A stretch of 30,057 nt of DNA from Macrostomum lignano (lineage: Eukaryota), in assembly GCA_002269645.1 (NCBI GenBank), contig NIVC01004960.1, forward strand, positions 1-30,057. The letters are read 5' to 3'. The notes beneath the pieces are model-generated. The model did not search any database and had not been told where the DNA came from. It saw only the letters and a program-made list of their open reading frames with translations. Shown here piece after piece: positions 1-10,953 of this stretch (position 1 is the first letter of the stretch; each line of letters starts with the position of its first letter). The translations under genes and the position numbers were made by a program.

Positions 1-344
1 GCATCTACAAGCAATGCAAAAAGAGTTTAGAATTAAGGGGCGACGACAAATTTTGACAAGAAATGTGGTTCCATTGCAGGCATCTGTCACACGCAATGCT
101 TGGGGCGTCCCCCAGATCACCGTGGCAAATTCCACACTGCCAGGAGGAAACCTTCAGCCAAGCCACCCTACGTCAAAGCTCTCGAAAGCCATTGTCTGAA
201 AAAATGGGTATACTCTTCCAGTTTCACATGGCAGTCACGGAAGCCAAAATGTAGCAGATTTCAAATGTCGGTAGGGCTGATCAAGCATCTACCTTGCAGT
301 GTTGCCTTGGTCGTCATATCATTTGTTATCCAATGGAGCACGAC

Positions 345-504
345 TAGAAGAGGAAATGAGGGTGTAGGAGAGAAAGGTATGGAAGACAATTAAAGGTGTG
401 GGTAAGGGCGAGATTAAGGGAGAGAGAAGAGGGCAAAGATTTAGGAAGAAAGGGCATAGAAAGATTGAGAGTACATGTATGTGGAAGAGGAAGGGAGAGA
501 AGGA
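345..504 (+). repeat. Purine-rich (GA) low-complexity tract
   Basis: Near-continuous A/G runs (aagaggaaatgagggtgtaggagagaaagg...ggaagaggaagggagagaagg) abutting the point where transposase homology stops. Confidence 0.7.
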
Positions 505-1082
505 ATTTTAGCTTCAGGAAAGGCAGCTCCAAACACATCTCTCTCAACAAAATCTTTATAGGCCATTATGACCTTTACATCTGTTCACGATGGGTTGTCC
601 CATTTGATTTTGTCTATAACAACTTCGATGGCCTGTTTTGTCTCAGCTTCCAAAAGCCACACAGCAGCTATTTCTGTTTTGCCATTTCCATCCTCAACAG
701 CAAGAATGTAAAGCGCAAAGCCAAGGTTGTTTACTCCATATATTGCATCCACAAATAGTATTTCAGGAAAGCACTGCATGACGTTCTTCATTTCTGCATC
801 CTGAAACAATATGCCTGACAATATGTCATCATCACCTGTGAAGACGTGCACTGATGTCCCTTCCTCTGAGGACATGTCTGTGAGAATCTTGTTTTTGTCA
901 CCATGAGAGTCAGTAGCCTTTTTTGAGAGCCTGTGTAGGTCTTTCAGAAGGATCTTGCCTGTCTCTGCTTCAATATGCTCCTGCAGGATCTTCTTGTTGG
1001 CTCCGAGCTTCAATGCTCGAATTGCAGCCTGCTCTTCTGTATCACTGAGCCGTCTCTCCTGGGCCAAATGCTTAAAGGCCAT
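505..1082 (-). pseudogene. MULE transposase core exon (ZSWIM3-like), disrupted and truncated
   Basis: Polypyrimidine acceptor ttttccccaaattatag|ATG at 1082. ORF has FKHL..ERRL and FPEILFVDAIY...LYILAVEDGNG.TEIAAVWLL. Reading past the TGA at 587-585 continues TDVKVIMAYKDFVERDVFGAAFPEAKI, the MULE 'DKD..ER..FP.A' block with D>Y, then breaks into low-complexity sequence. Confidence 0.88.
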
Positions 1083-1403
1083 CTATAATTTGGGGAAAAT
1101 GAAAGGAAAGAAATTAAATGCAGCAATTGCAAAACCAGTGCATTGCTACAAATAAAGTGATGCTAGTCAGCTGCTTGGCCAATGGACATATAATTGAGGT
1201 GTTGTAGGGCTCAGTAGGTTTGAATGAGTAGTAGTGTTAGTAGTAGTCTTAGCAGTGTTTATTAAGTGTTTTCCCCAGATTTGGCAAAGTTAGTAAAAGT
1301 TAATGAAAATTTAAAAAGAAGTCAATAAAATGATTAATAAAATAATATGTAATGATTCAACATCAAAATTATACCATTTTCACTCTAGTCTCATGAAAAC
1401 TTC

Positions 1404-2493
1404 AATCAATTTGGAGCCATCTCCTAATGCTAAGATTTGAGTCAAATCTTGGCTCTAACAATAGACAAAAAAATTTCAGCAAGTAATTTGGAAACAAAAC
1501 TTCAATCAAGTTGGTTCCAATGGAGGAATCTAGCATGCTGACGAGTGCATCAATGGCTGAAACACAAGTGCGCATAGCGCACAAGGGTTTTTGCCATAGA
1601 CGCACAAGTCAAAGTGCTTGATTCCCATTCTTATTTGATCCAACATGTGTGGCTAAAGAAGACAAGGGTGGAGCTGGTTGTGTGGAGTTAGACTTGAACC
1701 ATAGACAAAATATGCACAAGCTAGTCTGAACATTCTTGCACGATTGAAAGATTATGCTTGTAGTCTATGGCTGTTATGCTAAATATAGAAACATCGCGCA
1801 TTACATTCTTGCACGATTGACATTCCTGCACGGAGTGCACATGCAAATTGAATGTGCTTTTACCATAGACACTTGCATTTCTGCACGCATATGGCGACTT
1901 CCAAAGCATTCTTGCATGCTCGATCAAATAAGAATGTTCTAGGCTTGTTGTTTTGCTTCTGATTCTCCCCTCTTCCTTCTACCATTTCATTCCCTCTCTG
2001 TACCTCTCTTTACCCCTCAACTCTGTTCCCATCTTCTATCATGTTTTTTTCCTTCAGCATCTCCTTTTACCAGTTGCTTGAGGTTTTGCCATCGATAGCA
2101 ATAAGTGTACAGAGGAGGAAAGCCTTAAAGTTGTCTGATCTCCAAACTTTCCCAGCCAAGAATTTCCACAGTTTGTGTAAGATGTTGATTCATCTCCCAT
2201 GGCAAACCAAGGACTGTACTCTGTAGTACCAATAAAATTGTAACAGACATTGACCTTTGTCTTGAAAATAAACAATTTCCTGTTTCTACCATCTGTTTAT
2301 TTGAATGTTCGATTGTTTAATTTGCTTGTCACATTTAAAGCACAATTTAATACATACCTGACTTATCTGACTAGTGGTTGTTACAAATCAACTTGATTGA
2401 AGTTTTTTTCTAAATTGTTTGTGGGATTTTTTGTCTATGGTTAGAGCCAAGATTTGACTCAAATCTTAGCATTAGATGGAACCAAATTGATTT
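1404..2493. mobile_element. MITE/foldback-like element with long imperfect terminal inverted repeats
   Basis: 1424-1472 is the reverse complement of 2427-2475 (48/49 identical). 1496-1513 and 2389-2406 form a perfect 18-bp inverted pair. Similarity extends outward (aatcaatttgg..ccatct; ctctagt). No clear TSD was found. Confidence 0.75.
2100..2270 (-). mobile_element. Degenerate LINE (CR1/L2/Jockey-like) RT C-terminal fragment
   Basis: Minus-strand frames give KTKVNVCYNFIGTTEYSPW (like K..Y..LVRP.LEY...VW) and, after frameshift, LGWESLEIRQL (like LGW.SLE.RR). Confidence 0.4.
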
Positions 2494-2718
2494 CCCCAAC
2501 TAGAGGGGAAATGTATTGTTAGAATTTAGTAAGGTTATTTCCCTGAATTAACAGATGGGAATGCTATTTGACATGGATTCCTTTATGGAAGCCCAACATC
2601 ATTATTAATAAAGTCTGATGGGTTTTGTTAGAATGATTGAATAAGAGATATATACTGCATCTCTACTAGGTGGGATGTATGTTTCTAAGCTAGAATGCTT
2701 AAAGTAGAAAATTGTTAC

Positions 2719-2791
2719 TTCTTGGTTGAAGCCATTTCAGCTAAAACCACAAGTCAGAGCAAACCCACAGCTGTCTAGCTTAAGGTATGCC
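2719..2791 (-). pseudogene. Tentative middle exon of the MULE-like transposase
   Basis: tag|G GCA TAC... reads (G)AYLKLDSCGFALTCGFS*NGFNQE|gtaaca. Its phases (2 in, 0 out) bridge exon 1 and the exon starting at 1082. The acceptor is weak, the expected HNH is absent and there is a stop at 2739-2737. Confidence 0.3.
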
Positions 2792-3779
2792 CTATTACTC
2801 AACTTAGTACACTTGTTTGGCCTAATAAAATTATTGAAAATTAATAAAGTATCTGCAAAGTATATGAAATTCACAACTATGTCACTGCCAAAGATTTCAG
2901 TAATAATACTAAATACTCTAAAAAAATTAACTAGCAACAATCAAATTGTGCTTTATAATTTTTTTATTGCTATGTACCAAGTTTAAAGAAAATATAGTTT
3001 TTGCAATCTCTATTCCATATTAAGTTACTTCCCTTCCAACTTCTATTTTCATTGTAGCATACTTGTATTATGTTACACTTACATATACAAATTGCCTTCA
3101 TACATATTTTAAAGGCCTCCAATACATTTTTATCAGGGTTATATGATTAGTAGTTAGATTAATAATAATAGACAATCAAATCAATAGCCTACACTAGACC
3201 CATGTCATCTGGCCATTATGAGATATATACTACTAAGATCAATTTGACCCTTCCTCTATTGCTCAGTGAGTTGTTGAATATATGGATAAATCATGCAGCC
3301 AATTGTCTTGCCAATTACAAAATTTTTATACCACTAGCATGACATCATTGTCATCATGAGTGCTGGATGTTTTTGATATACCTAAAGCCAAAAAATGGTA
3401 ACTCCATGTCCATGATAGAGACTCATACGAGTCATAGAGATCATTTTTAGATCATTTATGTCACAAGTACAAAGTAAGTGCTTTGCATAAAGATAAGGTA
3501 CATAATTTTTGAATAGAAAAAAAAGAAACAACTCTTGTATCAAATTATATTATAGAATGATAAATGCACTAGGCCTATAATAGCTAGTGACACTAAAGCT
3601 TATAACAACCAGTTGGCTGGTTCAGTCCAGTGGTTCCCTGGCTGCATGCAAAAGTATAAATAATTAAGAACAATCCTTGATCTTATAACTAATGACAATG
3701 TATGAGATTAGATCAATAGGGCCTATCAAGATAAGATAAAGTATCGCATTAGATCAATAAACTCAATGGTTGAACTTAC

Positions 3780-4021
3780 CCTTGTTGTGGCCTTGATCCA
3801 TGCGATTTCGATGTGTAATTCTTGCCACCATGCACACAGGCAAATTTGATAGCAGCAAGGCCCAATGTGTCTTCAGCTGGTCACAAGTATTTTCTTCGAT
3901 ATTGTGCTGGGCTACGTGAATCGCGAAGGTAAAACTTTACAAAGTTTTCTTTCTCAAAAGTCTGCAGTGCAGTCTTAAGCTCTTTGAAAGTGGCGAAACG
4001 TGCACCAAATTTAATCTCCAT
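3780..4021 (-). pseudogene. Exon 1 of an intron-containing MULE/FAR1-ZSWIM3-like transposase, with an in-frame stop
   Basis: ATG at 4021 reads MEIKFGARFATFKELKTALQTFEKENFVKFYLRDSRSPAQYRRKYL*PAEDTLGLAAIKFACVHGGKNYTSKSHGSRPQQ. This matches the N-terminus of ZSWIM3-like/MULE proteins (F..EL..A, FY.RDSR, C.HGG, G.RP.Q). TGA at 3883-3881; donor GG|GTAAGT at 3780/3779 (phase 2). Confidence 0.8.
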
Positions 4022-5952
4022 TGGTCATGGTTTGTGTAAGCTAAAGTTAGTGTAAATAGGCAAGTACAATGGCCATTAGTACAAAATTAAACGAATAATG
4101 CTCTAGAGCTCTAGAGTCTAGAGCTAAAAACTAAAAACTAAAAATACCAGCTCATCTATCTAGAGCTAGAGCTATATAGATAAGAACATATATTAGTTCA
4201 AATGATAAGCTACAATAAGAATTGTTGTTGCTACAATAAGAATTGTAGCTCATCATTTAAACTAATATAATTTTTTGCTAGATCACATTTTCATCTGATG
4301 GACATTCTGCTTTTTATCTTAGCTATTTCTTGGATATTCTACAAATCAAGAAAGAGACATTTATTATAACTAATGTACTTACTTATGTTTCCCCTCACTT
4401 TTGTTTCATAATCTCCTTAGTAAAATAGATGTATGTTTTATATTGAGGAAAGATTGTAAGACAAAAGTGAAGGTAAAGTGCAAAACCTTATTATAACAAA
4501 TATTTTTGTTCTCAACCCTACAAATTATTGATAGAGGTATAATGTTTAATGTGAACTGGGACTTTGTGTCTATAGAATAAAAATGATCAAATTGCTAATT
4601 TGGGACCCTACTATTCCATTCAATTTTGTGATACAGTTCTGATACAATTCTACTATTGGTATGACCATAATTCAAAACCTATAAGCTCTTTCAGTTTTGT
4701 CTTATAATCACTTACATATAATTTCATCATTTAAATGATTGTATAACAAAAGTGAATATAAGCTATGCTTCTATAACTTTTTATGCTACATTTTAATGCC
4801 TTGCAGTGATGATTTAAAGTGATTTTAAAAGTGAATAAAATGTAAAATAAATGTGTTAAGCAGTTTTTGGTATATTGGCATTCCTTTTGGTTCTTTTTTA
4901 ATAGGAATTTTTTAATTGAAGTCCCTAATTAAACCCTTGCTTGGGTCCCCTATCTTAAATCTAATTTGCATTATTTTTTGCCAAACCTAGCTTTCTACTA
5001 TGAGCAGAATGATATATCATTTGTGTATATAGATTTTTTTGGCTCCATTATATAAGCTTAAGTTGGCAGGTCTTTCATCTTTGGATTTTTAAGTATATGC
5101 TCAAAACTGTCTTTAATTTGAACTAATATGATGCTAAAAATGTGCTTTAACTTAAAAAGTAAAAACCACATGATCTAGGATAATCTTTTTTAACTTTATA
5201 TTTTTGCACTTTTAGGAAATTTTTTGTGCTATATTGACTGTTTGGCACCTAAAATTTCATTTTCAAGTACTGGAGGACTGGACTTATCAAAAAGTAACTT
5301 CCATTACTAAAGTCTGGCATTCTAAAAAAAGAACTGGAAAAAAGTGCTGCTTTGAAAAAAGTAACTTCTGGTACTAAACGTGCTGGAAGTGCCAGAACTT
5401 TGCCCAACACTGCAAAATAGTTTGATTGTGCCATGTGCTTGAACTTTTTTTTGCAAAAAACAAACAAAAATCTGTAATTTCCCTTAAAAATACCAATAAA
5501 ACTTGTATTTGAATCTGTTTCGTAGAAATACAATGTTAATGTATTTTAATTGAAGAAGCCGTCAATACACTAGCAAACAAAAAAGTGCTAATTCTGCATT
5601 ATGCACAAATGACCCAAAAAGGCTGAGTCTTGAAATTTTGAAATTGAGATTGAGATCTTGGTTGGACTCTAGATCAGACTTAATTTCAATAAGTATCTAT
5701 TAAAATATTGTAGTTGTTAAGTTAGGCAATTTTTATGAACTTTAAAATTAAAGGTTATATGAAACCTTATATATGTTGTTAATTAGTAAAAAATGGAAAA
5801 AAAGTCAACAGCTATTAAAATAGGTAGATAAAGCAATGAGCATTGCAAAATGTGCAGTTTTTCTCTTTGTATTGGGTTATAAATGAGAATTTTTTCAACT
5901 TCTAAGTTCCATTCTCTTAAGATATTAACAGTAAATATCATTCTCTTTTTAG

Positions 5953-8217
5953 GTATCCTGGTCTTCATAGCCATCTATCTTATGTTTGGCTATGGCTCCC
6001 AGTTCCTAGCTAATTTCATTGGCTTCCTCTATCCAGCCTATGCCTCCGTTAAAGCTATCGAGACTCGTGCCAAAGACGACGATACAAAGTGGCTCACCTA
6101 CTGGGTTGTATATGCTGGCTTCAGTCTGCTCGAGACCTTTACTGACATTTTCCTGTGGTGGATTCCACTGTATGCCTTCATCAAGTGCATATTCCTAATA
6201 TATCTGATGGTACCCATCCAGGCCAATGGGTCTGTGCTTCTGTACAACCGTGTTATCCGCCCATTCGTGATCAAGCACCAGAAGCGCATTGATGACACTA
6301 TTGACAAAATGCAGGATGCCGCTGGACAGTTAGTCAATGAGGGTAAGCCATTGTTGTGCCATAACTATTGTATTTGGCTTATCCCAATCGAAACAGTACC
6401 TAGGTCAATAAGCGTCCCAGAGTCATTTGCGTTGTTTCAGATTCGTTGCAGGTAACATAGGTAAAAAAGGAAATAAGTGACTCTAGACGACTCTAAACCG
6501 ACAAGATGTCATGGTACAATTCACTAAAGAGTCAATTTGAGGAGTTTTACTGTCTACGATTCAAGTGACGAAAATGACTGGGCGCGACTCTAGTGACTCT
6601 GGGGTGACGCAATAACTCGTTCGCGACTCTAGTGACTCTGGGGTGACGCAATAACTCTGTTCGCGACCCTAGTGACTCTGGGGTGACGCAATAACTCTGT
6701 TCGCGACTCTAGTGACTCTGGGGTGACGCAATAACTCTGTTCGCGACCCTAGTGACTCTGGGGTGACGCAATAACTCTGTTCGCGACTCTAGTGACTCTG
6801 GGGTGACGCAATAACTCTGTTCGCGACCCTAGTGACTCTGGGGTGACGCAATAACTCTGTTCGCGACCCTAGTGACTCTGGGGTGACGCAATAACTCTGT
6901 TCGCGACCCTAGTGACTCTGGGGTGACGCAATAACTCTGTTCGCGACCCTAGTGACTCTGGGGTGACGCAATAACTCTGTTCGCGACTCTAGTGACTCTG
7001 GGGTGACGCAATAACTCTGTTCGCGACTCTAGTGACTCTGGGGTGACGCAAATAACTCTGTTTGCGTGCTGGAGTCGCTGTAGAGTGAAGAGTCACTGGT
7101 TTGCGTCTAAAGTGCATCTGCGTCACTTTACGAGTATGCATTAGAATCGCATTTCATATTATAAAAGTCTATTTAGCCTACTTGTTTGTAGAAGGTTAAA
7201 CGCTAACACAACGACTCTTGGGCGACTTTCGTGACTCTTAAAATTATACAACTCACGTGATGCGCTCGTGACTCAACAGTCGCCTCCGTTGCATTACAAT
7301 CGTTCGAGTTGTTAAAAAGTCACAAGAGTCGCCCCAGAGTAGCCAGTGTCACTAGTGAGTTGTTTGCAATATCGATTCTTGTCACTATAACGTTAACAAT
7401 GAGTATGTCATTGCGAATCTGTTATTCATCCATGGTTCGTAAGTGTTAGCTGTTCGTAAACGTAGTTTTCTTTCGTCTGTTACTTGATCTACTTTAGTAC
7501 ACTGTCTAGCATTGCTTCAAAGGTCCTGTCATTATTCAATTATTTTCCAGTCATCCTCGCGAAGCTTAACCCTTGACATTTATTCCTTCGTTCTTGAAGT
7601 TGAAGCAGGCAGTGCAGAAAAGCTTTGCCCATGTTCAAGGCCCAAAAGTGAAGCAAATGGCAAGGTTTTTCTATCACCCTCCTGTTCGTGCTGCATTCGC
7701 AACCGTACTTTCTGTGTGTGCCATTTGTAGTTTCCTTCCTCCCGTAGTCTTGTGTGTTTCTTCCTGACCTTTCTACTTTACTTTGTCCTTGTACTCTCTC
7801 TGCTGGTCCTCTTTGGAGTTTCTCTGGCCTAGCTAGACAGTGCGTTTCTACTAATCTACCTGGATAAATTGGATTATTTGTTATAACAGTTTCGTATTTC
7901 AGAACATTTCCCAGCACAAGGCTTTCCCACTAGAACTTGCAAATGCAAAATAGTAGTTTGAAATTGATTGTATTTGACATAGAGCTTTCGAAAGTGAGTT
8001 CAAGAAGCTGAAGAAAATACTTACAATTTATTTAGTTTCTTGAACTTCGCGTCAACTAAAGCAATAAAAGTAGCAAGTTTGCTTCAGTGACTGGTGTATT
8101 GTGTAATATTATGTAACTAAATTTGCTGTCATTTTCCTGATGCTTTCAGCTGAGGGCGAGTTGAGGAAGCGCGGCACTGACTATGCCGCCAGTCGCCTCT
8201 CTGACTCTCAGTATTAG
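5953..8217 (+). CDS. REEP5: REEP5/6-like (DP1/Yop1) ER-shaping protein, 3' exons; first exon not found in window
   Basis: Exons 5953-6342 (ttctctttttag|GT; G|GTAAGC, phase 1/1) and 8150-8217 (gctttcag|CT...TAG). Protein ...GILVFIAIYLMFGYGSQFLANFIGFLYPAYASVKAIETRAKDDDTKWLTYWVVYAGFSLLETFTDIFLWWIPLYAFIKC...AEGELRKRGTDYAASRLSDSQY* carries the TB2/DP1/HVA22 motifs YPAY.S.KAIE and DDT.WLTYW. Confidence 0.95.
6476..7353. mobile_element. Putative non-autonomous inverted-repeat element containing the 40-bp array
   Basis: Ends AGTGACTCTAGACGACTCT (6476-6494) versus the reverse complement of 7336-7353 (AGTGACACTGGCTACTCT). Internal inverted pair 7214-7236 / 7318-7340 (20/23). GACTC motifs point forward on the left, and GAGTC motifs recur on the right. 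Confidence 0.45.
6586..7065. repeat. 40-bp minisatellite, 12 copies, intronic
   Basis: Unit GAC(T/C)CTAGTGACTCTGGGGTGACGCAATAACTCTGTTCGC. Starts at 6586, 6625, then every 40 bp to 7025. No spacers. Confidence 0.98.
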
Positions 8218-9340
8218 AGGTCTGCCGGAGCAAGTGAAGACGAGCGGAGTCAACTATCAACTTGACAGGTTTTCTTAACTCTTACCGCCTAGTAGATGCG
8301 TCATTATTCGATGCGATATTCAATCCCAACCGGTTAGTATATTCTTCGATGTTTGTTTGTTTAACCCTTGTACAACGAAGCCTATTTAGAAAAAAAGTAG
8401 TTGCAATCTGAGTCAATTTTTAAAGCGTCGTTTACTTGCCGAAATTGATTTCACTTCTATGCGGCCATTTATTGCACACGAGTCACATTGACTGTTTTAC
8501 ACAGATTACATGTTTTATTACTCGTAATTGTACGGCAATCGTGTTTCAGAACCTGGGCTTTTTCATTTGCCTTACCTACCCTTATTCAGTTTTGTATTGA
8601 AAAATATTTACAGTGTAGGAATGGCATATGACTGCAATAAGCACTTACTGTAACTGCATGTTTATCGGTACATGATTTCGTAGCCTAGTCAAGCATGCGC
8701 AGATCTTTGCTGTATTCTGTCAAATTGGTTGGCTGGTTCGGTTCACTAATCGATACTTGTACACAAATAGTGAAACGAATATTGTATGTTCTTCCTGCTC
8801 ATTATCAGTTGTGTCTACTGATCAGTAGTTATTTTTGGCTTTTGCTTCCTATTTCATATCGTACTGTTTTAGTTACTCATCCGTAGTTTGGAGTAGTTCC
8901 GTCTCTGTGATCATGCTTTTTCAAATTAGTTTGTTAACCAATTCATTAAATAAAGTAGTCTTTAAAATTTTATCCTTACTACAATACAGTTATTTAGTAA
9001 AGAAAAGTGCAGCATCTTCAATAATAAAGCTCTTCTTAAATGTATATTTTGCAAAAGGACTGCAAACTTATGCAATACCCGTATTTGTGAATATTAATGC
9101 TGTCGTGAAGCCGATGGCAGTTGTGATTGCGAGTGCACTGATAGTTGAGAAGTGGCAGCATGTAGGAGCTAACGAAATCAGATTTGGTATCTGAACACAA
9201 GTGGGGCTAGTCGATTTTGAGTAGATTTGGATTCGACTCTCAGTAGCCTTTAAAATTTGTGAAATGCCTAAAAAACCATTGCATTCAATCTTAGGCGAAT
9301 AATTTTATACTGTGTTGATATATACTAGGGTGTGGGTGGG

Positions 9341-9481
9341 CAACAAGTTGACGCGGTGCACGCTGGGCTGCTGCGCGCCGCCTTAAAGATCGGCTACGAG
9401 CGAGTGACCAACGCGGGTTTGTATCGCCGCGCCGGCCTGGTCTGTTCAAGCGACTTGTTGCGCCGTCGGCGACTCCAGCTA
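9341..9481 (+). mobile_element. RTE-like non-LTR retrotransposon ORF C-terminal fragment
   Basis: GC-rich island reading QQVDAVHAGLLRAALKIGYERVTNAGLYRRAGLVCSSDLLRRRRLQL, like the post-RT '..TN..LY.R......L.RRRL..AGH' segment of RTE LINEs. It is isolated in AT-rich DNA. Confidence 0.65.
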
Positions 9482-10953
9482 TGCAATATATGCAATATTT
9501 AATTAATTGCATATAAAAATACCGAAGGACTACAAAAAACAATTCGCAGTCATAAGTGTTTCCAGGCGTTACAGAAAGAAAACTACTATACACCAGCACC
9601 GCTTTGCAGCACCATCGAATTTGGGTTAAAGCTGTAAAATGGGGGGTCGTATTTACGTAGCCAAGCGCTCTTATGTGCCAGCGGCCCAGGCTCGATTCCA
9701 AGTGCAGTCATTAATTTGGATCTAAATTGGAATCTCGGCTTGGCTCTGCTCGGTCGTGAATGCAATTAACGCCTTTGAGGGCCAACCCCCAAAGGCACAG
9801 TGAAGTGTAAATGCCTAATGATAAATGAAGTTAGGGCCGCTACATGTTATGTGTGCTTGAGCGTATGACTGCGTACATATCCGCGCGCTTGTGTACCTGC
9901 TCAGGGAAGTCGGCGGAATGGCCAGTATATGCCGGTTGTGACAATGTCGCTTAAAGTGCGCCAGGGTGCACACAGCCATCTACCTGCCTCTAATACATAA
10001 GGAGTTCACTGCACTGCAAAAGTTCAAGAAACATTTTGCCTATCAACAGTTCTCGCTTGTCATTTTTCAGAGCTGCCTGTCGTGACTCGCACCATTGTGC
10101 AGAAGACTTGTGAGCGCAAACAGCTCTGAAATCCAGATTGAATAGGGATCAGGATCAGTGAGCGCCGCATGGACAGCATGCAGCTTGCTGGAATCGCACA
10201 GGCTGCAGATTGCAGTTAAGTGCAGCTTTCTTACACCCAGCTCCTCGACCACTCTGTGAGACTGGCGCTTTGCCAGGCGTTTTTGATGCCTATAAAAACC
10301 CATCACGTCCATGCATTGGAAAGTGCAGGCCATTAAACGACATGTTCATACATTAATTAAAGTTCGTGGATCATAGTTCGTATGATTATAACTTATGAGC
10401 GTATTTTAGATACATGTAAATGCACAGCTTCTTATTATTATATTAATATCTAAATCGCTCATTATTTCAGTACGAGCTACGAGCTATATAGAGTCGAACA
10501 CTGCAAATGCAAAATGTACATTAGTTGTTGGTGACACCGCTGTCCGTCAGTTAAAAATAGCTACGAGTATAAATGCTCGATCTTATCAGTCTAACGCAGT
10601 TGCATGAACTGCTTGTGCTTGCAGTTATAAAATTGTGTGCATAAAGTCAAGCGGAGCTACACGTGTATAAGACTTGCAAGTTCAATCCTAACTCAGCTCT
10701 TTATCTACTGTTTTGCTTTGTTTTATCCGACCAACACGAGTGGCATTTGTGCACACAGCCGTGTTTTGTAAGTCTTCAATTGTAAGGCTCTGCGTTCAAG
10801 AGGTGTCACAAAAATGAAATTGCAGCAGAAGCTTGTACAAACTTAATTATGCAGTATATACACTGTGGATTATACAATAATTTCAGCCATTGTGGTTTGC
10901 ATAATTTTGATCTTCCACTCAGATACAGCCATGTGTGCGCTTTTGCAGGATAG

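Noticed and set aside
5883-5952. ATG at 5883 as REEP5 start, and read-through to 6455
   Set aside because: 5883-5952 is AT-rich intron ending in a polypyrimidine AG at the conserved phase-1 position, and a GTAAGC donor ends the exon at 6342.
10067-10333. Minus ORF …KLHAVHAALTDPDPYSIWISELF…
   Set aside because: Possibly a retroelement remnant, but I cannot assign a motif with confidence.
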